From the NCBI GenBank assembly GCA_963727445.1, contig CAVSGI010000009.1:448001-512000 (forward strand): a DNA stretch of 64,000 nucleotides, read 5' to 3'. A program made the position numbers and the translations under genes. This DNA comes from an uncultured delta proteobacterium (GTDB lineage Bacteria > Myxococcota_A > Polyangia > Polyangiales > B10-G4). The first letter of the stretch is position 1; every line of letters starts with the position of its first letter. Below, one piece after another: positions 52,066-61,905 of the stretch. The notes under the pieces are model-generated. The model had not been told where the DNA came from, searched no databases, and saw only the letters and a program-made list of their open reading frames with translations.

Positions 52066-53388
52066 TTACTCGTCGCTGGATCCACGGAAGAAGCGAAGGG
52101 TCGGCGGAACGGCGATGACCAGGCCCACCACCACCAGGAGCCACCAATAGGCGGCGAGGTGCGCTGCGAAGGGCAGGGCGATCCCCGCACCGACGAGAAC
52201 GCCCGAGAAGACCCAGAAGTCGACGTCCATGACCCGCATGCGGCCGATGGCGCGGTTGCGCGACGCGTAGAGCCGGGACCACCGAACGATGGCCGGCGCG
52301 TGCTCGGCCTCGGGGGAGTGACCATCGAGCACGCGTTCGAGATCCTCGGCGAGCGCCGAGGCCGAGGGGTAGCGATCTGCTGGCTCGTGCGCCATCGCCA
52401 TCCGCACCACGGCCCCGAGGGAGCGCGACAGATCGGGCGCGACCTCTTCCAGCGGGCGGACCTCACCGCTCGACGCCTGCGCCATCACGACGAGCGGGGT
52501 GTTCCCGCTGTAAGGGTGGTGGAGAGAGACCATCTCGTAGAGCACGACGCCGAGCGAGTAGAGGTCCGAGGCGATCCCGAGCCCCTTTTCGCCGCGCGCC
52601 TGCTCGGGCGACATGTAGAGGGGCGTGCCGGCCGGGCTCTCCAACAGATCCTCGGGCATGCGCCCCCGCAGCGCGTCGCCTTCGGGCCCGGGGAGCGGCA
52701 CGGCGAGCCCCCAATCCATGACGAGCACCTCTCCGTGCTCTCCGATCATCACGTTCCCGGGCTTGAGGTCGCGATGAACGACGCCGCGCTCGTGGGCGAA
52801 ACCGACCGCGTTGCAGATCGACAAGAAGAGTCGAAGGCGACGCTCGAGGGAAAACCGGGCGAGGACAGCCGTGTCCTCTTCGCGAAGCGCGTCGAGGATC
52901 TGGTCGAGCGAACGGCCGCGCACGCGCTTCATGGTGAAGAAGAGATCGCCTCCGTCATCGACGCCGAGATCGTGCAGCGGGACGATGTTCGGGTGATCGA
53001 GGTGGGCGGTCACGCGCGCTTCCCAGAGGAACTGAGTCATCGACTTCGCGTCGGTGCTCAGCTCGGCGCGCAGGCGTTTGAGCGCGAGCTCACGCATGAG
53101 GTCGCGGTCCCAAACGCGCTCGACCCGACCCATCCCGCCTTCCCCCAGCACGTCACGCATCTCGAAGCGGGTGCGCGCCGAGGCGCTCTCGGGTGCGCGG
53201 TCGTGGCCGTCGCTCCTGGTGGTGGTCGGAATGTTCTCCTCCATCCCGGACGTCCCCATCGCCGGAATGGTCTCCTCCATCCCGGACGTCCCCATCGCCG
53301 GCAGGGTCTCCTCCATCCCGGACGACGACGCCGCGGGAATCGTTTCCTCCATCCCCGAATCGGGCTTGGGTGAGCTCGGGCGGGCCAT
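52066..53388 (-). CDS. Hanks-type Ser/Thr protein kinase with N-terminal repeats and two C-terminal TM helices
   Basis: GEGGMG, LALK, HRDLKPGN, DWG, GTPLYMSPEQ, SDLYSLG. Confidence 0.92.
   Translation of the reverse strand: MARPSSPKPDSGMEETIPAASSSGMEETLPAMGTSGMEETIPAMGTSGMEENIPTTTRSDGHDRAPESASARTRFEMRDVLGEGGMGRVERVWDRDLMRELALKRLRAELSTDAKSMTQFLWEARVTAHLDHPNIVPLHDLGVDDGGDLFFTMKRVRGRSLDQILDALREEDTAVLARFSLERRLRLFLSICNAVGFAHERGVVHRDLKPGNVMIGEHGEVLVMDWGLAVPLPGPEGDALRGRMPEDLLESPAGTPLYMSPEQARGEKGLGIASDLYSLGVVLYEMVSLHHPYSGNTPLVVMAQASSGEVRPLEEVAPDLSRSLGAVVRMAMAHEPADRYPSASALAEDLERVLDGHSPEAEHAPAIVRWSRLYASRNRAIGRMRVMDVDFWVFSGVLVGAGIALPFAAHLAAYWWLLVVVGLVIAVPPTLRFFRGSSDE
53227..53358 (-). repeat. In-frame 36-bp (12-aa) tandem repeat, about 4 copies (SGMEETxPAxxx)
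   Basis: t(c/t)tcctccat recurs at 53235, 53271, 53307 and 53343. Confidence 0.9.
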
Positions 53389-53448
53389 GACGCCATGATG
53401 GCGCGATCACGGCAGGCCCGTCGAGTCGCGCACCGCCATGGTCCGGCC

Positions 53449-55290
53449 TCAGGCCGGGGGGCGCTTGCCGCTCTGATACATCTCGTCGATGACCTCGCCG
53501 TAGCGTTCGTAGACGACGTTGCGCTTCACCTTGAGTGACGCGGTGAGGAGGCCGTTTTCGACAGTCATGGGCTCGACGATCCGGAAGTACTTCACCGTCT
53601 CGTACTTCGCGAGCTTTTCGTTGCACACGTCGACGTGCTCCTGCACCGCCGACTTCACGGCTTCGCTTTGCGCGTCGGCGTCGTTCCCGGTCTGCTGCGC
53701 CCACTCCGCCAGCTCCTCGGGGTCGATGGCGATGAGCGCAGTGACGTAGTTCCGCGTGTCGGCGACCGTCACCGCTTCCTGCACGATGGGCAGCGTCTTG
53801 AGCGCACCCTCGAGCTTCGCGGGTGCGATGTACTTGCCGCCGCTGGTCTTCATCAGCTCCTTCTTGCGGCCGGTGATCTTCACGAAACCGTCCGCATCCA
53901 TCGAGCCGAGATCGCCGGTGTGAAACCAGCCGTCCTCGTCGAAGGCCTCCGCTGTCGCGTCGTCGCGGTTGTGATAGCCCTTCGTGATGTTCGCGCCCTT
54001 GGCGAGGATCTCGCCGTCCTCCGCGATCCTGATCGTCACACCGGGGAGCGCGGGGCCGACGGTGCCCAGCTTGATGTTGCCAGGTGTGTTCGCGGTGAGG
54101 CCGGGGCAGGTCTCGGTGAGCCCGTAGGCCTCGAGGAGATTGAGCCCGCAGGCGAGGAAGAACTCGTGGACGTCGGCGTTCAGCGGCGCCGAGCCCGACA
54201 AGAGGATGTGGCAGCGATCGAAGCCGAGCGCGGCGCGCAGCTTTGCGAGCACGAGCTTGTCGGCGAGGCCGTGCTTCAGCCCGAGCACGAAGGGGACGCT
54301 CTTGCCGCGGTTGGTGTAGGGAAGCGTGGCTTTTCCGGTGTCGAGTGCCCAGCGGAAGAGCTTCTGCCGCATGGGCGGCGCGCCCTGCACCTTCATCTCG
54401 ATCTTGGACTTCATCTTCTCGTAGACCCGCGGGGCCGCCGGGAAGAACCCGGGTCGCGTGGAGGCGAGGTCCTGCGCCAGGGTCGGGATCGAAGACACCA
54501 CGAGGGGAGCCTCGAAGAAGGGACCCGCGAACTCGATGAGCCGGCCGAAGGAGTGTGCCAGGGGAAGGAAGAGGAAGAGCCCGCCGGGGCGCACCTTGTC
54601 GTCGAAGAGCCCGGTGCCGCCGATCTGCTCGACCATGGACAGGTGGTTGTCGTTGGTCTGGATCACGCCCTTGGGGGGACCGGTGGTCCCGGAGGTGTAG
54701 GTCCAGGTCGCGAGCTCCTCGCGCTTGGCCGCTTCGCCCAACGCTTTGCGTTCCGCCTCGGTGGACTTGCGATTGTCCGCGCCGCGCTTTTCGAGATCCG
54801 CCAGGCTCTCCCAGTCGTCGGCGGGCTCGACCCCCGTCGGGTCCATCACCACGATGTGCTTCAGCTTCAAACGATCAGGTGCGTAGTCCTGGTCGAAGAA
54901 GTGAAAGCCCTTGCGCACCTCGCGGACCTTCTCCAGCTGCTCGCCGTCTTCGACGATCGAGACGACGGCCTCGGTATCGACGTGCAGATAGCCGACCTCC
55001 GGGGGTAGGAGCGTGGCGTAGACCGGCACGGTGCGGAGGCCGATCGACAGCGCGGCGAAGTCGCAGGTGATCCAGTCCTCGCTGGTGTTGCCGAGGATGG
55101 CGACAGTCGATCCCGGGGAGATGCCTCCGGGGATCGTCATGAGCCCCGCAGCGATCTTCTCCATGCGATCGCCGAGGGACTTCCACGAGATGTCCTTCCA
55201 GCCGTCGCCCTTCTTCACCCGGAGGGCGGGGCTGTTCGGGGACTCCTCGATACGCCGCAGGATCATGCTGCCGATCGACCGGTCTTTCAT
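53449..55290 (-). CDS. Long-chain fatty acid-CoA ligase (FadD15/FAA1-like)
   Basis: YTSGTTGPPKG, LPLAH, AYGLTET, GWFHTGDLG, ITGRKKE, GGKYIAP. Start at ATG 55290 with GGAGG upstream. Confidence 0.9.
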   Translation of the reverse strand: MKDRSIGSMILRRIEESPNSPALRVKKGDGWKDISWKSLGDRMEKIAAGLMTIPGGISPGSTVAILGNTSEDWITCDFAALSIGLRTVPVYATLLPPEVGYLHVDTEAVVSIVEDGEQLEKVREVRKGFHFFDQDYAPDRLKLKHIVVMDPTGVEPADDWESLADLEKRGADNRKSTEAERKALGEAAKREELATWTYTSGTTGPPKGVIQTNDNHLSMVEQIGGTGLFDDKVRPGGLFLFLPLAHSFGRLIEFAGPFFEAPLVVSSIPTLAQDLASTRPGFFPAAPRVYEKMKSKIEMKVQGAPPMRQKLFRWALDTGKATLPYTNRGKSVPFVLGLKHGLADKLVLAKLRAALGFDRCHILLSGSAPLNADVHEFFLACGLNLLEAYGLTETCPGLTANTPGNIKLGTVGPALPGVTIRIAEDGEILAKGANITKGYHNRDDATAEAFDEDGWFHTGDLGSMDADGFVKITGRKKELMKTSGGKYIAPAKLEGALKTLPIVQEAVTVADTRNYVTALIAIDPEELAEWAQQTGNDADAQSEAVKSAVQEHVDVCNEKLAKYETVKYFRIVEPMTVENGLLTASLKVKRNVVYERYGEVIDEMYQSGKRPPA

Positions 55291-55379
55291 CTCACGCCTC
55301 CACGTACGCCCCCCGGAGCTCCCGAGGCGGCGAGCGAGAGTGTGTATATCGACCTCGGACCGGCGTCTACCCGCCCAGA

Positions 55380-56378
55380 TCAGAGACGGTAGGGGTAGCG
55401 CAGGGTCACCGCCTCGTCGCCGTCGAAGGCGGGGAAGGTCGCCGTGCGCGCGGCGCGAGCCATGCACGAGCCTTCCGGCGAGCCGGCGAAGGGGCCGCTG
55501 ACGCGCGGTGCGAGGGCCCGGCCGGCGGGGGTGACGTTCAGCTGGAGGTAGGTCAGACCGTGACCGCCGGCGGCGCACTCTGCGATGGCGGGGCGCAGGG
55601 ATTCCATCACGCGTTGAACGTCATCGCGTCCGGGGCCGGTTGGCGCGGCGGGCTCCTCGGCCGCGGGCGCTTCGGGCGCGGGCGCCGCTTCCGGGTCGTG
55701 GGTGGGAAGAGAGAGCTGGTCGAGATCCGCGACGGCATGGTCGAGGAGCTGGCCCATCGACGCCTGCCTCGAATCGAAGGGCGCGGGCTCTTCGGCGGCG
55801 GGCTGGGCTTCCTCGATCGGCTGGGCTTCCTCGGCGGGCGCTTCCTCGATGGCCGCCTCCTCGGCGGGGTCCGCGGTCGCCTCTTCGGCGACCGGTGGGG
55901 CCGCGGTCTCTTCACGCGCCTCGTCATCCCCTACGCGGGTGGGCTCGGCCGTGGGCGCCTCGGACTCCTCCGCGACGGCGATGTGCACCGGCGCCTCGTC
56001 GTGGATGACTGCGATCGTGGGTGCCGCTGCGGGACGCGGCGTGCTCTCGGGCGCGATCGCAGTCGGTGCCGCGATCGTCGCAACGGTTTCGTCATTGGCG
56101 TCGGTTTTGGCCACACCCAGCGCCACCAGCGCGCCGACCGCGAAGGCGGCGCCAGCCGACAAGGCTCGCTTGGTCCACGGACGTTTCTTCGGCAGGGCCG
56201 CCACGCGGACGCTGTCGAGGGGCTCGCGCGGAGGCGGAGCACCCGGGATCACCATGTCTTCCGGAAGATCCGGATCCATGGGCGGCGGCAGGGCGGTGGA
56301 TACGAGCCTGCTCAGGTCGAAGAGGTCGTCGTCGTCGTCATGATTGCGGGGAGGTGCGGGAGGGGTGGCATTGGGCAT
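55380..56378 (-). CDS. Single-TM protein with long Pro/Ala/Glu linker and AgmX/PglI/TonB-C-like C-terminal domain
   Basis: C-terminal 'DVQRVM...IAEC...V.P.GR...CMARAARTATFPAF....LRYPY' signature. Confidence 0.65.
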   Translation of the reverse strand: MPNATPPAPPRNHDDDDDLFDLSRLVSTALPPPMDPDLPEDMVIPGAPPPREPLDSVRVAALPKKRPWTKRALSAGAAFAVGALVALGVAKTDANDETVATIAAPTAIAPESTPRPAAAPTIAVIHDEAPVHIAVAEESEAPTAEPTRVGDDEAREETAAPPVAEEATADPAEEAAIEEAPAEEAQPIEEAQPAAEEPAPFDSRQASMGQLLDHAVADLDQLSLPTHDPEAAPAPEAPAAEEPAAPTGPGRDDVQRVMESLRPAIAECAAGGHGLTYLQLNVTPAGRALAPRVSGPFAGSPEGSCMARAARTATFPAFDGDEAVTLRYPYRL

Positions 56379-56380
56379 CG

Positions 56381-56490
56381 TTCTGACTCCGTGGTCAGAA
56401 AACGTTGCAAGACCGATACCCAGAAAAAGCCCTCAAAAATTGCGAACAAATTCGACCAAACAGGAGCTTTTTCCGCTCTCGGTGGACGAA
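56381..56490 (-). promoter_or_regulatory. AT-rich promoter region with candidate sigma-54 site and RBS-covering hairpin
   Basis: Minus strand GGGTATC-GGTC-TTGCA (56421-56406, GG-N10-GC). A/T tracts upstream. TTCTGAC-N6-GTCAGAA hairpin (56381-56400) includes GGAG just before the ATG. Confidence 0.4.
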
Positions 56491-56543
56491 AAAGGAGCGC
56501 CCGCTGTAGCCAGATCCGGCCACTGCCGCTGCTCCCTCCCCAT

Positions 56544-59159
56544 TCAGGGCATGAGGAAGACGGGGTTCGACACCACGAAGCCGCGATGGCCTTCCGTGTC
56601 GTAGGTCTCGCTCCCGGAGGCGTGGAAGACCACCCAGGAGCCGCTCGCGGCGACGTCCACCTCGATGGTCGCCCGGGCCCGCTCGACCGCATCGATCGCG
56701 TCCGAGGGCAGGACGTCCATCATCTCCCGCGTCTCGCCATCGACGATGACCTCGAGGCGATCGACCGTCACGTGAGGCGCCGCGAAGAGTCGAACCTCGA
56801 AGCTCGCCCGACTGCCCACCCCGGTCGCCGTGTCGCCCGGCCCCGACGCGTCGGGACCCTCCACCGTCATGTAGATGCCCCCGCTGATGGTGGAGTGACC
56901 CGCCTCCGTGGTGTCCCGCACCATCTGTGGCGTCAGCGTCGCGGGGTCGTCGGTTCCGATCGCGAGGCAGGTGCGCGGCCATCCCGCGGGCTTGCTGCGG
57001 ATGTCGTGACTGTCCGAGCTGCCGACGGCGAAGATGCGGCGGCCCTGGTTCAGGAGCGAGAACCAGTCGACCGCGACCGTGTCGCGGATCGCTTCGAAGT
57101 CGTCGGAGTTGAAGACCTCGACGATGGTGAACTCCTCGTCCCAGAGCTCGGGGTGCGTGACCATCCCGGTGAGCGGGTCGTAGCCCGCCTCGGTGAAGTA
57201 GGCCTGACGGATACCACCCGCGCGCGGGTGGTTGATGATGAGCGCGGGGGCTTCGGGACGTGCGCGCACCTCGTCGAAGACCACGGGCGCGTCTTTGTCG
57301 TACCAGAAGAAGGCCCCGCCGCTGGGCTGGCTTCGATCGGCGACGAGAGGAAAGACGCCGAAATGCCCCCAGGTGAAGGTGGTCAGCTCGATCCCGGTCA
57401 GGCCGCGCGCGAACGCGCCGAGCCCCAGGTCGTCGATCACCGGCTGGAAGTCGTTGACCCATTCGTGGTCACTGCGGATGGCGATCTCGAGGCCGTCGCC
57501 GACGAGGGAAGCGATCTTCAGCGAGCCCGCGTCGGGCGAGTCGATCGAGCGCGACGTGTGGATGTGGTAGTCGGCGCAGAGGACGCCCGGCGTGGGAACG
57601 ACCCGCGTGAGATCGACGGTGCGCGCCGTCTCGGCGTCGGCGACGATGGTCACCTCGAGCTCGGCCCGCTCGTACTCCGGGCCGCGCGTGACCCAGATGC
57701 GGTAATCACCGGGGAGCAGCTGCGCCGTCGCTTCGCCGTCGGTGGGATGGAAGAGGAAGAGGCGCCCGCGTTCGGCCGGCCGCTCGCCCAAGGACTCCGG
57801 GTAGGTGTCCGGATCGCCGCTCGAGGGGAAGACCTCGATGCGCGAGGGGAGCGGTGTGCCGTCGCCAGCATCCTGCACGGTCACGCGCAGCTGGCCCACC
57901 GCCGGCATGGTCACGTCCACGCTGTCGCCGCTCGCGGGGATCGGACCGACCAGCGGCTGACCTTCACGATAGGCGTAGAGCCGTGCGGCCCGGGCGTCGA
58001 CTTCGATCGAGAAGGTGCCGTCCTCCGCCGGCCAGAAGCGCGTGAGGTGTTCGTCGTCGGCCGTGGTCAGGTGCAGCCGGACGTCGCTCGCTGGTGAGCC
58101 GTCGGCGTTCATCACGGAGCCGGAGATGGCACGGGTGGTCGTCCCCTCGAGCGATGCGAGGGTGCGCTGGAGCCCTTCGAGGCCGGGTCCGCCCGCCACC
58201 AGCTCGCCGAGGGGGAGCGTGCCTTCGGCGCACGGGTCGAGCATCAGCGCGCCGGTGGAGAGCAGATCGACGCCGTTGGTGGCGAAGAGCGGCTCGAGGT
58301 CCACGCCGTCCGGGCCGCGCCAGGCGAAGCTCGTCCCGCGTGGATCGTCGAAAGCCACGTAGCTGGTGGGCATGGTCGAGGTCTCGAAGCCGTGGCCCGG
58401 ACGCCAGGGCGCCGTGCGGTTGCCCTGCATGAAGACGGTGAGCGCCCCCAGCGTCGACCGAAGGCCGCGCGCAGGCGCGCGGACGTGCAGCGTAGCGGAG
58501 AGGAGGTCTCGGTCGGGGTCGAGGGAGAAGTCGACGGCCGCCGGCAGGCCCGCGTAGTCGCCGGGGACCAAGATGTCGAGGAGGTCCGCGAGGGCGCGAA
58601 TGGGGACCAGGTGTCCGATCGCGCGCACCACCGCCGCGCCTCCGTCGCTTCCATCGGAGAGCACCGCCACCTCTTCGGTGCCCAGCGCGAAGCGCCCGAG
58701 GGCCTGCATCATCAGGTTGTAGTCGCCGAGCTCGATGAAGGCCCCGTCGCTCACGCGGCCCAGCGCGACCACGCGGCCGCCGTAGGGGTCGTAGACCTGC
58801 CCTGGGTTGTCGGTGGAGGAGATGACGTAGGCGACGCGTCCGTTGCTGACGACGAAGTCGCCTTCGCGAAAGTCGAGGAGGCCGCTCGGGTCGTCCGGGA
58901 GGTCGGCGGCGCTCAGGCGTCCCGCGCGCGCCGTGCCGGCCGGGGCGGCCAGGGGATCGGTTACACCATCCGAGGCGGTGAGCTCGTAGTCGCCGAGGGG
59001 ATCGCAGGCGGGGCCGCTGTCGATGGTGCTGTCGGTCGCGTCGCCGGAGCCGTCCGTCGGCGCTGCGTCGCCGGGCGTGGAGTCGCCACAGCTCGTCGCT
59101 GCGAGAAGGACAGAGAGGAAGAAGGGAAGTGAGAGCAGGGTCCAGCGCGCGGTCATCAT
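56544..59159 (-). CDS. CehA/McbA-like PHP-domain metallohydrolase lipoprotein
   Basis: Lipobox ATSC. ADYHIHT, SDH, E.T..WGHF, INHPR, VEVFN, GSSDSH, RT, SNPV motifs. 'RGPEYE' beta-sandwich. Confidence 0.8.
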   Translation of the reverse strand: MMTARWTLLSLPFFLSVLLAATSCGDSTPGDAAPTDGSGDATDSTIDSGPACDPLGDYELTASDGVTDPLAAPAGTARAGRLSAADLPDDPSGLLDFREGDFVVSNGRVAYVISSTDNPGQVYDPYGGRVVALGRVSDGAFIELGDYNLMMQALGRFALGTEEVAVLSDGSDGGAAVVRAIGHLVPIRALADLLDILVPGDYAGLPAAVDFSLDPDRDLLSATLHVRAPARGLRSTLGALTVFMQGNRTAPWRPGHGFETSTMPTSYVAFDDPRGTSFAWRGPDGVDLEPLFATNGVDLLSTGALMLDPCAEGTLPLGELVAGGPGLEGLQRTLASLEGTTTRAISGSVMNADGSPASDVRLHLTTADDEHLTRFWPAEDGTFSIEVDARAARLYAYREGQPLVGPIPASGDSVDVTMPAVGQLRVTVQDAGDGTPLPSRIEVFPSSGDPDTYPESLGERPAERGRLFLFHPTDGEATAQLLPGDYRIWVTRGPEYERAELEVTIVADAETARTVDLTRVVPTPGVLCADYHIHTSRSIDSPDAGSLKIASLVGDGLEIAIRSDHEWVNDFQPVIDDLGLGAFARGLTGIELTTFTWGHFGVFPLVADRSQPSGGAFFWYDKDAPVVFDEVRARPEAPALIINHPRAGGIRQAYFTEAGYDPLTGMVTHPELWDEEFTIVEVFNSDDFEAIRDTVAVDWFSLLNQGRRIFAVGSSDSHDIRSKPAGWPRTCLAIGTDDPATLTPQMVRDTTEAGHSTISGGIYMTVEGPDASGPGDTATGVGSRASFEVRLFAAPHVTVDRLEVIVDGETREMMDVLPSDAIDAVERARATIEVDVAASGSWVVFHASGSETYDTEGHRGFVVSNPVFLMP

Positions 59160-59181
59160 GGACCTCCAGTGTGACAGCAGC

Positions 59182-60860
59182 TTACTCGACGTACCCCAGC
59201 GCACGCAGGCGCGCCACCACCGCGTGCGCCCGATGGGCGGGGATCTCGGGCCGAGGGGCCTCGGGCAGCGCGCGGGGTGCCATGGCCTCGGTCTCGGCGA
59301 GGATCTCCCAGAGCACGCGGCCCGCGGCCTCGGGCGGGACCCGTACGTCCATTCGGGCGAGCAGCGTGGCGGTGGCGTCGGCGATCTTCGCTTCGACCTC
59401 GCCGGTGGCGGCGACGGTGGGACCAGCGGCGACGAAGAGGCCGCGCGGGCGGTGGCTGCCCGGGAGGCTGCGGCCCTTGCGGCCCAGATACTCGTCGGGA
59501 GGGAGACGGCCGAAGGCGGGGCCGCCGCCGCGGCTCGGCATCAGGTTCCAGGTGTGGCCGGTCTCGGTGGGCGCGAAGGTCAGCAGCAGGTCCGGCGCTC
59601 GTCCGACGTGCGGTCCTTCGAAGAGCGCCTCGCGCGGTGTGACCTCGGCGATCACTTCGCGCCCCGTGACCGGGTCGCGGAGCGAACGGAGCGCGTCGCT
59701 CACGCGGCGCCGTGTGGCGTCGAGCGCCTCCGGGTCGATCGTTCCGGCGGGGTCGCGCCCGCGGACGTTGAGCCAGACGGCCGGGAAGTAGTTGAGCTCG
59801 TCGCTGAAAGCGGGGGTGCGCCCCAAGTCGATCGCGCCGAAGCGGGCGCGCGACTCGATCAGGCTGGGCAGGAGCATCCCCGCGGCGCGAAAGGCGCGGT
59901 CCCTGAGCTTCGGTGAAAGAAGGCGCAGCGCGGCGTCTTTCGCGAGGCGCGCCGCGCCAACGCTCGGGCGGCGCTCGCGGAAGCTCAGCAGCCCGAGCTC
60001 GGCGAGGGCGCGGTTGAGGTGGAGCACGCGATCGGAGGACGCGCCCGAGCCGTGATCGCTGAGGATGCGTCACCTCGACCCCCTCTCCCGCCTCCGCGAT
60101 CGAGATTGGCCGACGGCCGCGTCGAGCGATGCGTACACGCGCGCCAGCCCGTCGGCGTCGCGCGGCGACACGCGGGCGGGTCGCCGGCGGGGAGCGCTCG
60201 TCGTGAAGGCTCGCGAGGTAATGCGACGCGGTGTCGCTCTCGCCGAAGTAGACCGTGAAGAGGTCCCAGGCTCGGTCCCGGAGCAGCCAGCGCGACAGCT
60301 CCGTTTTCTTTTCGACGCGCGCGGCCAACGCCTCCGGCAGACGCGCGTGCCAGCCGGGCGCATCGGCGGCGAACTCGTCGACGTCGTCGAAGGGCAGGGT
60401 GCCGAAGCGCGCGGAGGATCGCGTCGTGGAGCGCTGGGGGCCAGCAGAAGCTCCGGTCGGCTTCGAACGCGACCGGGGCGTCCCAGCCGCTGATGAAGAC
60501 GCCGCGCGCGAAGACGCTCGGGGGGCCAGGTCGCGGGAAAGGAGACGCAGCCGACGGCGAGGCCCAGGGCGTCGAGGCGTGCGGCGATGGTGGGGGTCTC
60601 GCGGACGGTGCCGGCGGTGAAGCGCACCGCGTAGCCGTGGCGGGTGGTGAAGTCGAAGACGCCGTGTACGCCCGGGTCGACGCCGGTGAGGAAGGTCGTC
60701 CAGTTCGGGAGCGTCGCGGGGGGCTGCACGCTCTCGAGATGGGCCTACGCGCCGCGCCCCATCGAGCGCGATGAGGTTCGGGAGCCGATCCGCGCCGAGG
60801 GCGCGCGACGACGTCGAGGTCGGCGCCGTCGAGGCCGATGACGAGGTGGCGGCAGGTCAC
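59182..60860 (-). pseudogene. Alkaline phosphatase superfamily / nucleotide pyrophosphatase-phosphodiesterase gene with multiple frameshifts (possibly assembly error)
   Basis: Fragments in different frames give VIGLDGA, PPATLPNWTTFLTGVDPGVHGVFDF, ESDTASH, SDHG, LNVRGRDP.G, APDLL, GSHRPRG. About 8 single-base insertions and one TAG (60745-60747) lie between ~60060 and 60805. Confidence 0.8.
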
Positions 60861-60954
60861 GAAGCACCTTCTTGCCGTCTCGATGGCGCGGGCGCCACCA
60901 ATAAACGGTTGTCATGCCGTGCTGTCGCGTCTATCTGGTCGCTTGGGAGGTCCG

Positions 60955-61389
60955 ATGATGAAGCGCATTCTGGTGCCGGTGGATGGTTCAAAGGGATCGA
61001 AGCAGGCAGCGGCCTTCGCGGCGCAGCTCTGCAAGGACAGCGGTGCCACCCTCGAGCTCTTCTTCGCGTACGACGCCCCGACGGCGTCGGTGATGGGACT
61101 CGAAGCGTCGACCGATCTCAAGACGGTGAAGGAACAGGTGGCCAGAGGGAGCTTCGAGGCTGCGATCGCCGCCGTGGTGGAAGCGGTCGGACGCGACGTG
61201 GTGCCCATCGCGGAGCAGGTCACCATCGGCCACCCGGCCCAGGAGATCTGCGCCTACGCCAAGGAGCAGGGTCACGACCTCATCGTCATGGGCAGCCGCG
61301 GCCGCAGCGAAGTGCAGGAGCTCTTCCTCGGCAGCGTGAGCCAGGCGGTGCTCCACCACGCGACGTGCCCGGTGATGGTGGTTCGCTAG
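60955..61389 (+). CDS. Universal stress protein
   Basis: ILVPVDGS, GHPAQEI, DLIVMGSRG..LGSVS, CPVMVVR. GGGAGG RBS. Confidence 0.93.
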   Translation: MMKRILVPVDGSKGSKQAAAFAAQLCKDSGATLELFFAYDAPTASVMGLEASTDLKTVKEQVARGSFEAAIAAVVEAVGRDVVPIAEQVTIGHPAQEICAYAKEQGHDLIVMGSRGRSEVQELFLGSVSQAVLHHATCPVMVVR

Positions 61390-61425
61390 CAGGTTGTCCG
61401 CAACCTGCTCCCGTGCCCGTGCCCG
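61386..61425. repeat. REP-like palindromic element, copy 2
   Basis: CT-AGCAGGTTG-TCCG-CAACCTGCT-CCCGTGCCCGTGCCCG (9-bp stem), starting at a TAG stop between convergent genes. Confidence 0.65.
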
Positions 61426-61447
61426 ACGCTGAGGTGGTTCGGGCGGC

Positions 61448-61726
61448 TCAGAACGCGCCGGAGCGTTGGGCCGCCCAGGCGACCAAGAGGGCGCCGAGCC
61501 AGGTCAGGAGCAGGATGAGCGAGATGCCGGCTGGGCGCCCCGCCCGGCGCACGTCGCGGACGACGAGCCAGAGGGTGCCCGCGCCGAGGATCGCGAGGGC
61601 GGCGATGCCCGGAGGTGACGCCTCGCGATAGGCGCCGAGGAGCGCGACCGCCGCGAGAAGCGAAGCGTGCCCGAAGACCGCGAAGCCCACCGGCCAGAGC
61701 GCGGCGTTCTTCACGAAGGGCATCAT
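61448..61726 (-). CDS. Small three-TM hypothetical membrane protein
   Basis: 92-aa hydrophobic ORF from MMPFVKN, filling the gap between neighbours. Confidence 0.55.
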   Translation of the reverse strand: MMPFVKNAALWPVGFAVFGHASLLAAVALLGAYREASPPGIAALAILGAGTLWLVVRDVRRAGRPAGISLILLLTWLGALLVAWAAQRSGAF

Positions 61727-61905
61727 CAGTTGTTCGATTCTTGAGGAGCGAAGGCTCTTCGGCGGTCTCGGCTTCGGCCACGAAGCGAGGTGTAGCACGC
61801 ACCCGGACGGAGCGTGGAACCGGCCTCGCGACCGCTCGGGACGAGGCCGCGACCGCTCGGGCGAGCGGGCGGCGAAACGGCGCCTTCGCCGGGGTAGAAC
61901 GAGGC

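Noticed and set aside
60745..60747. In-frame TAG as pyrrolysine or readthrough
   Set aside because: It lies within a cluster of indel errors, TAG is used as a normal stop elsewhere, and no pyl genes are seen.
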